DNA of 64,000 nt from positions 352,001 through 416,000 of the forward strand of contig CAVSOU010000011.1 in assembly GCA_963729625.1 (NCBI GenBank). Direction: 5' to 3'. Positions 21,001 through 29,152 of the stretch are shown here, in pieces. The notes under the pieces were generated by a model that saw only the letters and a program-made list of their open reading frames with translations, was not told where the DNA came from and did no database searches. A program made the translations under genes and the position numbers. The stretch comes from an uncultured bacterium. Its GTDB lineage: Bacteria > Chloroflexota > UBA5177 > JANWHV01. Each line of letters begins with the position of its first letter. Position 1 is the first letter of the stretch.

Positions 21001-22470
21001 GGGCTCGAACACGAGCTGCACGTCGGGCAGCGCCGCGGGCCGCTCGACGGCCTCGCGCAGCTCGGCCACGTTCATCGGTAGCACCGACTTGCTCCGTGCC
21101 TCCAGCGCCGCCCCAAGTGCTGAATACGCCATCGGCCGGTCGCAGAAGTCAGCGCGCATGGTGACAATGGCCAGCAGCGGGCCGCGCGGCTCGGCGACTG
21201 CCGTGAGCAGCAGGTCGATGAACTGCCGGCGCTCCTCGTCATCCGTGGTGAGGGTGAATAGCTCCTCGAGCTGGTCGACCACCAGCACCACTCGCTGTTC
21301 GACGCGAGGAGCCAACTTCTGTACCCACAGGTGCAAACCACGGGCATCGTCGGCGCCCAGGTCCTCGCGCAGGGCATGGATGCTCCGCTCATCCCTACCC
21401 GCCAGGGCCACGGCCAGGGCCTCGAGGGGCCGGGCACCGGGGAGCACCGGATCGAGGTAGACCCAGCGCTCGCTGCCGGGCAGGGCGCCTGCCTTCAGGC
21501 GGGATATGAGCCCGGCGCGCACCAGGCTGGACTTGCCCGAGCCGCTCGGCCCCACCACGGCAAGCAGGCGGGGTGTCGCCGCTTGCGTCGGGGCGAGGCT
21601 GGCCGCCACCGCCTCCAGCAGGGTCTGCACGAAGGCGCTCCGCCCGAAGAAGTCGCCCGCGTCCTCCTCGCCGAAGGCGCGCAGGCCCTTATAGGGGTTA
21701 CGCGGCGCTACGTGCGCGGCCGGTGCGGCAACGGCACTCTCTCCAGGCAAGGCAGCAGTGAGCGCGCCTATCGCGGCCACGAGGGCGACTACTGCCTCGG
21801 GGTAGCGGGCCCCGCGGGCGTCCACGTAGGGCACGCCGGCCAGCGCCGCCGGCGCGCAGTCGGCCCACTGCTCCCCGGCCGACCAAACGGGCACGACAGG
21901 GCGGCCGTACATCTCGGCCAGGCCGAGCTCCCTGCCGACCCAGCGCGAGGCGCGGGAAGCGGGCGAGGCCACCAGCAGCACCGCGTGGCACGCGCGCACG
22001 GCTGCCCGCAGCACTTCCGGCGGCCCTGCCCCGAACTGCGGATCACGGCGCTCGGCCCACGCGGCGATGCCGTGATCAGCGAGGTCGGCAAGCAGCCGCG
22101 CCGCGAAGTCGCCGTCCTCTACAGCATGCGACAGGACGGCGGGCGTGCCCGCCGCGCTGTTCGGCTGCCAGGTCAGCGATGGCCGGTCCTCGCAGGCGAG
22201 GCCGGGCCACGGTGCCGTCGCGCGAGCAGCACCTTCCTGCGAGGCACTCGCGGCCGCGACAAGACGGTCGCGGTCTGCAGGCGTCAGGCCCAGCGCATCG
22301 GTCAGACGGCGCGCCGTGTCGGGAAAGGGGTGGTGCGCGCCCTGCTCGAGTTTCTTGACCGCGCTCGTGCTCAGCCCCGCCCGCTCGGCCAACTCCTCCT
22401 GGGTCAGGTTGGCGTCCCGTCGATACGCGCGGAGGAGCGCTCCAAACGCCTGCGTCTCTGTGCCGGCCAT
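18079..22470 (-). CDS. XRE-HTH + TIR + STAND (nSTAND1-like) NTPase + TM helix + 14 WD40 repeats
   Basis: LTQEELAERAGLS HTH; TIR-like LSHAVED...SPASRASRWVGREL; NPYKGLRAF..D...FFGR; Walker A GPSGSGKS; Walker B LVVDQLEELF; hydrophobic LLAAVLALLLAVAAGLALLA; 14 xAFSPDG...LWD repeats. Confidence 0.9.
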   Translation of the reverse strand: MAGTETQAFGALLRAYRRDANLTQEELAERAGLSTSAVKKLEQGAHHPFPDTARRLTDALGLTPADRDRLVAAASASQEGAARATAPWPGLACEDRPSLTWQPNSAAGTPAVLSHAVEDGDFAARLLADLADHGIAAWAERRDPQFGAGPPEVLRAAVRACHAVLLVASPASRASRWVGRELGLAEMYGRPVVPVWSAGEQWADCAPAALAGVPYVDARGARYPEAVVALVAAIGALTAALPGESAVAAPAAHVAPRNPYKGLRAFGEEDAGDFFGRSAFVQTLLEAVAASLAPTQAATPRLLAVVGPSGSGKSSLVRAGLISRLKAGALPGSERWVYLDPVLPGARPLEALAVALAGRDERSIHALREDLGADDARGLHLWVQKLAPRVEQRVVLVVDQLEELFTLTTDDEERRQFIDLLLTAVAEPRGPLLAIVTMRADFCDRPMAYSALGAALEARSKSVLPMNVAELREAVERPAALPDVQLVFEPGLVGDLLYEVAGRAGALPLLQFTLEQLVACRQGTALTVAAYRELGGVRGALSRQAEATYALLPSDEHRHLARALFLRLIDPGATEQDTTRRRAAKSELALPGEHETAVMREVADTFVAARLLTASEQGGVGRLEVSHEALICEWGRLAEWLHEAREDVRLQQTISADAAAWARRDRPADKLYRGTVLAEARDWSARNTPSAEEQAFLHAAERAEVEQAAVERDRQARGLALARVAATRLRLLAAVLALLLAVAAGLALLARYNASVASSERTREVAARDAAVAELARELGLRAGTMLGSDLQVTLLLSLEADRLSGSAEAHADLLRAIDYNPRLLSFLAAQGSPVRSVAFSPKGTLLAAGSADGTIRLWNASSRQPSGPPLAGHTGAVNGLAFSPDGRLLASGSNDGTVRLWDVAKRRLLAPSLMHQGVAVTSVAFSPDGTFLAAGDSAGSIQLWDVAGRRPLGPLPQSGIWYVYDVAFSPDGTILAACGEGGTIALWNLAHHVLLPPLRGGPSFAALSLAFSPNGRTLAAGSEAGAILLWDMATRQFSRQVISAASESVPDLAFSPDGTILAAGGQDGTIRLWDAATWQQRSPSLTGHAGAVNGLAFSPDGQSLVSAGSDGSVRLWDSLGAGAFSRVLAGHTSQVNSVAFSPDGTTLASGGDDATIRLWRVASGQPLGPPLAGQAGSVLRVAFSHDGKTLAATSAGPATGSASYALWSARSGRPLGPTLAVQSASSAAYSPDGTVLATGSGDGTVRLWDVAHRKPLGPPLAGHAGAVLSEAFSPDGKTLASGGEDGTIRLWQVPTRRPLGPPLMGYTGAVNSLAFSPDGRILASADCALWLWDVGHRRALGAPLTDGTIPLYSVAFSPDGQTLASGNSDGTIQLWDVATRQPLGPALAGHGDKVTSLAFSPDGRLLASGTGGVLDAPVRLWSIGSTSPASRACAIANRNLTTQEWKQYLGDLPYQRSCPNVP
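18205..19980 (-). repeat. Intragenic WD40 tandem repeat array (14 units of ~43 aa)
   Basis: Recurrent gccgtcggg(g/a)ctgaaggc DNA motif corresponding to AFSPDG; 14 units counted in the translation. Confidence 0.88.
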
Positions 22471-22570
22471 CCTGTGGCACCGCTGCGCATTCTGCGGCTT
22501 CGCGTTAGCACCGCTTGTCTTTCCGCTCCGCCCACGATCATAGCACGGCCTTCGCCCTTACTGTGCTTCA

Positions 22571-22603
22571 ACTTGACCCCAACTTTACCCCTACCGTACC
22601 CCT
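22571..22603. promoter_or_regulatory. Three 11-bp direct repeats in the divergent intergenic region (putative regulator binding site)
   Basis: ACTTGACCCCA / ACTTTACCCCT / ACCGTACCCCT in exact tandem; extended -10 TGcTATGAT for the STAND gene at 22537-22545 (minus). Confidence 0.6.
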
Positions 22604-22820
22604 CGTTTCCCTGGCGCGGGCAACCACAACGGCGCAAAGTGCTTGCGTGGATGTTGATGCGATGCATGCCTCGCGACCGACGGTTTCTCGGGCGTGGCCC
22701 AGGAGCATTGCCTGATGGGTAGCATAGGAGGAGTCGATGAAAGCCATGTCCTAGCCGGCCAAGCAGCGCAGTAGCCCGCCAAGCCAGACAGTATTCAGGT
22801 TGAGCCATAAGGACAAAGAG

Positions 22821-23510
22821 ATGAGCCACATGAGGAGACTGGAAGCGTTGCTGGTAGTTATGCTCGCCGTACTCGCCCTGGGACTGTCGCCTGCCGCCCG
22901 CGCGGGGAGCGCACAGATTCACGTCTTCCCGCCCCAGGCGCACCCCTACGGCTACATGTACAGCGAATGGGAAGTCCGGTTCGTGCAGTGGTGGACGGCC
23001 ATACCCAAATCTCAGGACCCCTTCATGGATCGTACCGGAGCGGACTGCGCCGTGGGCCAGTCCGGCCCGGTCTGGTACCTCGTCAACAATGAAGTCGGCG
23101 GCCATGTTGGCCGGACCTGCACGGTGCCCGCCGGCAAGGCGCTCTCCATCATGCCGGGAATTTGGGAGTGCTCGGCCGCTGAAGGAAACGGCAGCACCGA
23201 AGCGGCGCTGCGCAGCTGCGCCAAGGGCTACATGGACCAAGTCACCAAGGATACCGTGACGGTGGATGGGGTTCCGCTCACGAACCTGCTCACACGCTAC
23301 CGGTTCGAGACACCACTCTTCACCTTTCGGTATCCCGCACACAACGTGCTAGATGTCCCAGGGCCTGGGACCTCCAAGTCGGTGGCTGACGCCGTCTTCG
23401 TCATCCTCTCTCCGCTGGCAGCCGGACGGCATACAGTCGAGCTTCACGGTGTGGATCCGGCTCTGAAATGGGACGGAATAACGACATACCATCTGACGAT
23501 TGGCCGCTGA
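22821..23510 (+). CDS. Secreted hypothetical protein with four Cys
   Basis: Sec signal MRRLEALLVVMLAVLALGLSPAARA; conserved-looking PYG..Y.EW....QW, GADC..GQSGPVW.L, RTC.VP, L.PL..G.H. Confidence 0.75.
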   Translation: MSHMRRLEALLVVMLAVLALGLSPAARAGSAQIHVFPPQAHPYGYMYSEWEVRFVQWWTAIPKSQDPFMDRTGADCAVGQSGPVWYLVNNEVGGHVGRTCTVPAGKALSIMPGIWECSAAEGNGSTEAALRSCAKGYMDQVTKDTVTVDGVPLTNLLTRYRFETPLFTFRYPAHNVLDVPGPGTSKSVADAVFVILSPLAAGRHTVELHGVDPALKWDGITTYHLTIGR

Positions 23511-24043
23511 GCGGCGTGTTCCCGGCGCGCAGTTTACCGACCGCCTCAGGGCGTCGCCGCACCGTCTGCCGGTGCCTGGCCCTGAGGCTATCTGTGGCCA
23601 GGAGATGACCAGCGACCGATGCGACCGCCCCTGTGCGCTCTGTATCGGTCGACATGGCGCTTGTTGGCCACCTCGCAGTGGACAGGCGGGCGATGCTACT
23701 AGATATGCGCCCACGGCAGTTGCGGCGAGGCAACCATTCGCAGACAAACGCAGGACAAGGCCGTGGACCTCGTCCCGAGTAGCGCGGCAGCATAAATATG
23801 CGCGGACCTGGTTGGGGTTTCTCCCTACACCGCTTCTGGAACCGCTTTGAAAAAGCCGGCTACGGACGACGCCCGTGGCGCAAAGCCGTGCAAGAACTCA
23901 CGTCTCGCACGTTATCCTCCAGCATGCTAGGGTAGAGTCTGGTCTCGCCCTCCCCGGCCACGGGTATGGACTATCAACTCGCGGCGGGGCCGAGCCATCG
24001 TTCCCGCAGCAGGCAACGTGTGCGGGGAGGATGAAAACAGGCG

Positions 24044-24255
24044 ATATCCTTGGCGATGACCCGTGCCGAGCGGGGGCCTTTCTGGCAGCGCCACATGTCG
24101 ACGTGATCAGTATCGAGCAGAGAGACCGTGCTCCGCTCGCGGTGCCGGCGTGGTACGGCAACACCGCCGGTGATGCGCTACACGTGATCGCGTTGGAGGA
24201 CTCACGCAAGGCGCTGGCCCTGCGTGTCGCCGGCAGGTTCAGTCTCTGCTGCTGG
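24044..24255 (+). pseudogene. Pyridoxamine 5'-phosphate oxidase-like protein remnant
   Basis: (I)SLAMTRAER [frameshift near 24075] AFLAAPHVDVISIEQRDRAPLAVPAWY...DSRKALALRVAGRFSLC, then similarity ends. Confidence 0.6.
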
Positions 24256-24456
24256 CACCTCCCCAACACTTCTGAGTGCTTGGCGTTCTGGATGTCTAGA
24301 AATGCAGCGGCGAGCTGCCCAGTGTGTTCTCATCTCCTGCCGATTTCCGCCGAGCTATCGAGGCATCGAGGAGCTGAAGCGCATACGGCATACACGGTGA
24401 TGTCGCTGCACGAGGTCATGTCGAATGTGGTCGACGAGAGAGCAAGGAGAAGACTG

Positions 24457-24760
24457 ATGCAGTCCTACCGGTCGGCGCTGCCGCAACTCGGGGGCGATCT
24501 CTTTCTCACCGAGGTGGGACTTGAGACATCCCTCATATTCTATGACGGCATCGAACTGCCGTACTTCGCGACCTTCCCGCTCCTCGACACCGAAGACGCG
24601 AAGAGGAGGCTGCGAGAGTACTACCGGCCACTGCTGCGGCTGGCACGGGAAAACCATACGGGGTTCATCCTCGACACTCTGACCTGGCGCGCGAACCCTG
24701 ATTGGGGGGCGCAACTCGGCTACGACGGTGCTGCGCTCGCACGGGCCAACCGCCTGGCGA
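24457..24760 (+). pseudogene. Homocysteine S-methyltransferase, N-terminal fragment
   Basis: MQSYRSALPQL...FLTEVGLETSLIF.DG.ELP.FA.F.LL...GFILDTLTWRANPDWG; AAGGAG SD; recognisable sequence stops after ~100 aa. Confidence 0.75.
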
Positions 24761-24901
24761 CCACACGCCCCATCCGACTGCTGCAAGTGGCAGCCGGTCC
24801 GTGTAGGTATGCACCGGCCGCAACGTTACCGTTGCGTTGGTGCCCGTCGCTTTGCTGGAACCAGGCTGTCGCGCCGGCGCCCGGTTCCCATCACTCCGGC
24901 G

Positions 24902-26269
24902 CTACAGTCCGTAGGCAGCCTCGCCATGCTGTGTAACATCCAGTCCGAGGACCTCGTCATCTTCGTCTACGCGCAGGCCGAGGGTGCGGTCCACTGCCTT
25001 AAGCACCGCGAACGTCCCTACTGCGCAGAATGCCCACGTAGCCCCAACCTCGACAAGCTGCATGGCAATCTGGTGGTAATGCCCGTCTACGGCGCCCGAT
25101 CCTCCTCCAACCCCCGTAATCGCGGTCGTGGCAAAAATACCGGTCGCCAAGGTGCCCCAGGTGCCGCCCATGCCATGACACGCGAATACGTCCAGCGCGT
25201 CATCGGCACGCAGCATATTCTTGAGTTGCGTGCTCAGGTAGCAGACCGCGCCGGCGCCCATGCCGATGAGCATCGCACCGCTCACATCCACGTAACCGCA
25301 CGCCGGGGTGATAGCTACCATGCCGCAGATGGCGCCGAATGCGCCGCCGACCGCGCTGGGCTGGCCTCGGTGCCACCAGCCGATGGTGAGATAGGTCAGA
25401 CAGGCCATAGCGCCGGCGGTGTTGGTCATCACGAATGCTGAAGTGGCCGAGGATCCCGCGGCCACCGCGCTGCCGGCGTTGAAGCCAAACCAGCCGAACC
25501 ACAGCAGCGACGCGCCAAGCAGGACATAGGTGGAATCGTGCGGCTCCATCTTGGCGGTCCCCAGGCCGATGCGGGGTCCGAGCATCTTGGCGGCCACGAG
25601 TGCCGAGACACCTGAGCTCATCTCCACGACGCTGCCGCCGGCGAAATCCAGCACGTGCAGATCATGCAGCCAACCGCCATGCCCCCACACCCAGTGCGCG
25701 AGGGGATCGTAGACGCAGGTAGCCCACAGCAGGCTGAAGAGAAGATACGCTTTGAAACGCTTCCGCTCGGCGAACGCTCCGGTGATCAGCGCCGGAGTAA
25801 TCACGGCGAACATCATCTGGAAGATCATGAATGCCTGGTGGGGAACCGTTGGCGCATAGCCAAACGGATCGGGTCGACTCGTGCTGACTCCACGCAACGC
25901 GGCCCAGTCGAGTCCACCGATGAGGTGCCAGTGATCTGGCCCGAACGCCAGGGAATATCCCCACAGCACCCACTGAAGGCTGATCACGCACAGCATGAAG
26001 AAGCTATGCATGATCGTGGTCAGCACATTCTTGTGGCGGACCAGACCGCCGTAGAAGAAGCCGAGTGCCGGAGTCATCAGCATCACCAGCGCCGCCGACA
26101 TGAGCACCCACGTCGTATCACCGCTACTGATCGCGGTCGCTGCCGCGACGCCGGCGGTCGCACGTGAGAGAGCCCCGGCGGCATGTGCGGAGTTCGGGAG
26201 AACCAACAGGGCCAGGGAGGGCGCGCCAGCCACTGTCAGGAATACTTGGGAGCGCTTCATCGACGTCAC
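24902..26269 (-). CDS. amt: Ammonium transporter Amt (copy A; Glu in first pore-His position)
   Basis: LMTPALGFFYGG, FQMMFAVIT, DFAGGSVVE, WFGWFGFNAGS, DDALDVFACHG, GLD..QHGE.AY. Confidence 0.96.
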   Translation of the reverse strand: MTSMKRSQVFLTVAGAPSLALLVLPNSAHAAGALSRATAGVAAATAISSGDTTWVLMSAALVMLMTPALGFFYGGLVRHKNVLTTIMHSFFMLCVISLQWVLWGYSLAFGPDHWHLIGGLDWAALRGVSTSRPDPFGYAPTVPHQAFMIFQMMFAVITPALITGAFAERKRFKAYLLFSLLWATCVYDPLAHWVWGHGGWLHDLHVLDFAGGSVVEMSSGVSALVAAKMLGPRIGLGTAKMEPHDSTYVLLGASLLWFGWFGFNAGSAVAAGSSATSAFVMTNTAGAMACLTYLTIGWWHRGQPSAVGGAFGAICGMVAITPACGYVDVSGAMLIGMGAGAVCYLSTQLKNMLRADDALDVFACHGMGGTWGTLATGIFATTAITGVGGGSGAVDGHYHQIAMQLVEVGATWAFCAVGTFAVLKAVDRTLGLRVDEDDEVLGLDVTQHGEAAYGL

Positions 26270-26536
26270 GTATCACTACTCTTGAGCAGGTAGTATCGAC
26301 GCAGCCGCGCGTCATTCGCATATGTGCGGAGTCCTCGCCTCACCGCAGTGATAGCGCTGCGGAATCGACGCATAAACGCAGACATCGCCTGAGCGACACG
26401 GCGTGCCGCCTACAGGCGATGTCTGCGCTGCCAGTGCCAGACTGCGGTGCGGTCAAGGGCATGCGCGCCTGCAGAAAAGAGATCTCTCTATTGCGGTGCG
26501 AACGGCCTCGACAACACATCCGATCGCAGAGGTCAG

Positions 26537-26659
26537 TTACGCGGTCGCGGGGAGTGCGGACATGACAGGTGCGGCCTCGGTCCTCTTGGCCTTACGATCG
26601 GGGAGCGCTACCCACGCTATGACGTGAGCGGCGAAAGCAACGAATACGATAGCGGCCAT
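26537..26659 (-). CDS. 40-aa single-TM micropeptide upstream of amt copy A
   Basis: MAAIVFVAFAAHVIAWVALPDRKAKRTEAAPVMSALPATA; paralogous to 28708-28833; purine-rich SD. Confidence 0.75.
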   Translation of the reverse strand: MAAIVFVAFAAHVIAWVALPDRKAKRTEAAPVMSALPATA

Positions 26660-26982
26660 TGTGCAATCTCTTTCATGTGGTGCTCCGTCGGCAATCGCCG
26701 GCGAACATGTACGAGTACGGGATTGCGCGCCATCATGGCGCACAACTGCTCGATCGGCTACGACCGAGCAACCCCAAAGGGTCCGTGCATCAATGCGCCT
26801 TCGCTCGAACGCTGAGCGGGGACTTACCAGGCCGGCTCGTTCTTCACGACGGCCGAGTGGACGTGGCTACCTCGCCAGACAACGGACCGACACATACCTC
26901 CTTTTCCTTTGAACGGCGCCCTCGCCGGCAGGCTCAGCCGATTGCCCAGACACCGAGACAACGTGCCCAATCGGTTGCAGAC

Positions 26983-27011
26983 ACCTTACCAAAGCACCCT
27001 TCGAGTGTCAA
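26983..27011 (-). promoter_or_regulatory. Sigma70-type promoter for micropeptide-amt unit A
   Basis: TTGACA (27011-27006), 17-bp spacer, TGg-TAAGGT (26988-26983). Confidence 0.65.
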
Positions 27012-27038
27012 CTACCGGAATTGCTCACCTGACCGGGG

Positions 27039-27077
27039 AAAACGGAAGAAGCGAGATCCTTCGACCTCGCTTCTTTC
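27039..27077 (-). terminator. Intrinsic terminator after amt copy B
   Basis: AAGAAGCGAG-loop-CTCGCTTCTT stem followed by CCGTTTT on the minus strand, ~20 nt after the stop codon. Confidence 0.7.
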
Positions 27078-27095
27078 GCCAGAGACTGATCGCGC

Positions 27096-28457
27096 CTAGA
27101 TCCCGTACGCAGCCTCACCGTGCTGCGACACGTCGAGCCCCAGCACCTCCTCCTTCTCATCTACCCGCAGTCCTACCGCGGCATTGACAATCTTGAGAAG
27201 AACGAACGTACCAACGCCGGCATAGAGCCACGTGGCGCCAATGTCGGCTCCCTGATACAGCAGTTGCTTCCAATGCCCATCGACGACGCCGGATCCGCCG
27301 GGGTTGATGGCGGTCGTAGCAAAGATACCGGTCGCCAGGGCGCCCCAGGTGCCGCCCATCCCGTGGCAGGCAAAGACGTCGAGCGCGTCGTCGGCCATGA
27401 TGATGTTCTTCAGTTGCGCGCTGAAGTAGCAGATCGTGCCGGCGCCCATGCCGATCAGAATAGAACCACTGACGTCGACAAAGCCGGATGCAGGCGTGAT
27501 AGCTACCAGTCCGCAGACCGCACCGACCGCAGCGCCGATGGCGCTCGGCTGACCCTTGTGCCACCAGCTGACCGTCAGGTACGTAAGTCCGGCCATCGCG
27601 GTGGCCGTATTGGTCACCACGAATGCTGACGTCGCGAGCCCGCCGGCCGCCACCGCGCTACCCGCGTTGAAGCCGAACCAGCCGAACCAGAGCAGTGAAG
27701 CTCCCAGTACCACATATGTCGCGTCGTGCGGCTCCATCTTGTCTTTGCCGAGTCCGATGCGCGGGCCAAGCATCTTGGCGGCGACGAGGGCTGAGACACC
27801 GGAGCTCATGTGTACGACGCTGCCACCGGCAAAGTCGAGCGCTCCAAGGTTTCGCAGCCAACCATTGTCGCCCCACACCCAATGCGCCAGTGGGTCGTAG
27901 ATGAACGTTGCCCACAACAGGCTGAAAAGCACGTACGCCTTAAACCGCTTCCGCTCAGCGAATGCGCCTGTAATCAGCGCGGGCGTGATCACGGCAAACA
28001 TCATCTGGAAGACCATGTACGCCTGATGCGGAACGGTGGGAGCGTAGCCGTAGGGGTCAGGAGCGTACGCGCTGACGTTCTTCAGCAACGCCCAGTCAAG
28101 TCCGCCTATCAGGTGCCCGTGGTCGGGACCAAAGGCCAGAGAATATCCCCAGAGGACCCACTGAACGCTGATCAGGCACAGAATGAAGAAACTGTGCATG
28201 ATTGTTGACAACGCATTCTTGGGGCGAACTAGGCCTCCATAGAAGAAGCCCAGTGCAGGCGTCATCAGCATGACGAGCGCTGCCGACACAAGCACCCAGG
28301 ACGTATCTCCTGAGCTCGGTGCCCACGGTGGCGCGGCGCTGGGGTGCGACGCAAGACGTGTAGCAGCCTCGGTTGCGGCATGGACGGCGTTAGGCATGGC
28401 GCCCATGAGGAAGCCAAAGAGTATCGCCACCATGATGAGCATAGGGGTGCGCTTCAT
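27096..28457 (-). CDS. amt: Ammonium transporter Amt (copy B; canonical twin-His)
   Basis: Same Amt motifs with DFAGGSVVH and DDALDVFACHG; N-terminal signal-like segment; start set at MKRTP. Confidence 0.96.
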   Translation of the reverse strand: MKRTPMLIMVAILFGFLMGAMPNAVHAATEAATRLASHPSAAPPWAPSSGDTSWVLVSAALVMLMTPALGFFYGGLVRPKNALSTIMHSFFILCLISVQWVLWGYSLAFGPDHGHLIGGLDWALLKNVSAYAPDPYGYAPTVPHQAYMVFQMMFAVITPALITGAFAERKRFKAYVLFSLLWATFIYDPLAHWVWGDNGWLRNLGALDFAGGSVVHMSSGVSALVAAKMLGPRIGLGKDKMEPHDATYVVLGASLLWFGWFGFNAGSAVAAGGLATSAFVVTNTATAMAGLTYLTVSWWHKGQPSAIGAAVGAVCGLVAITPASGFVDVSGSILIGMGAGTICYFSAQLKNIIMADDALDVFACHGMGGTWGALATGIFATTAINPGGSGVVDGHWKQLLYQGADIGATWLYAGVGTFVLLKIVNAAVGLRVDEKEEVLGLDVSQHGEAAYGI

Positions 28458-28707
28458 CGGCAAATCTGCTCCAAATGCTAGAGTGCGGGACTCGTCCAAA
28501 CGACGGTCCCACCAGAACGACACATGCTCTGTCGGCGGTGCGGACGGCGCCGAACCAACTTCCGGAATCGACAGAGCGGCACAGCGTACGCGTCGAACGG
28601 ACGATCAGCCCACATGCTCACCATCGACAACCGGCCGCGATACGTGCGACCAGGGCGTGCCGCGGAGAGGGCGAGCGGGAATGGCCCTGGCCGCCGTCGC
28701 GATCGAG

Positions 28708-28833
28708 TCAGGCCAAGGCTGGTACGCTAATCGGCACCTGCGCGGGCCGGCTCTCTCTCGCTTTGCGATCGGGAAGAGCGACCCAAGCGACGACGTGAGC
28801 GGCGAAGAGGACGAAAACAAGTACGGCCATCAT
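28708..28833 (-). CDS. 41-aa single-TM micropeptide upstream of amt copy B (absent from ORF track)
   Basis: Hand translation MMAVLVFVLFAAHVVAWVALPDRKARESRPAQVPISVPALA; SD AAGGAG 5 nt before the first ATG. Confidence 0.8.
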   Translation of the reverse strand: MMAVLVFVLFAAHVVAWVALPDRKARESRPAQVPISVPALA

Positions 28834-29052
28834 GCGATCTCCTTCGTGGCGAAGCACCGAACGGTACCGGTGCTAGCTCTTGGCTGTCGCGGATAGGGTG
28901 CGAGCTCACTGCTGCGAGCACATCCAGAGCACCCAGGACCGCTAAACCAATGACGACATACTGTGCAACAGTGCGCCTGGGCTCAATCGCCGAGCCACGA
29001 AATCCGACCTCCGCGATTCGGAGGACTATGAGTTGATGGCAACGCCGCCAGG

Positions 29053-29098
29053 AAAATAGAAAAGCGCCCTCGTCTCAACGACGACCGGCGCCCTTGCC
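29053..29098 (-). promoter_or_regulatory. Leader attenuator: ANTAR-like hexaloop hairpin overlapping an intrinsic terminator
   Basis: GGC-AAGGGC-GCC (3-bp stem, loop A1/G4) overlaps the 5' arm of GCGCC..TCGTC-GTTGA-GACGA..GGCGC followed by TTTTCTATTTT. Confidence 0.6.
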
Positions 29099-29152
29099 AG
29101 GAGAGGTACGGAAGGCGTCCACCAGATCACTGTGTCCGCTTCCTTACACTGT

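Noticed and set aside
26824-26895. 23-aa ORF MCRSVVWRG... behind AAGGAGGT in the amt-A leader
   Set aside because: SD abuts the ATG and there is no counterpart in the amt-B leader
3674-28457. Joint nitrogen-starvation system linking the prkA operon and the amt pair
   Set aside because: About 16 kb apart with unrelated genes between and no shared motif seen
28961-28978. Sigma54 -24/-12 promoter reading of GGCGCACTGTTGC
   Set aside because: GG-to-GC spacing is 9, not the required 10
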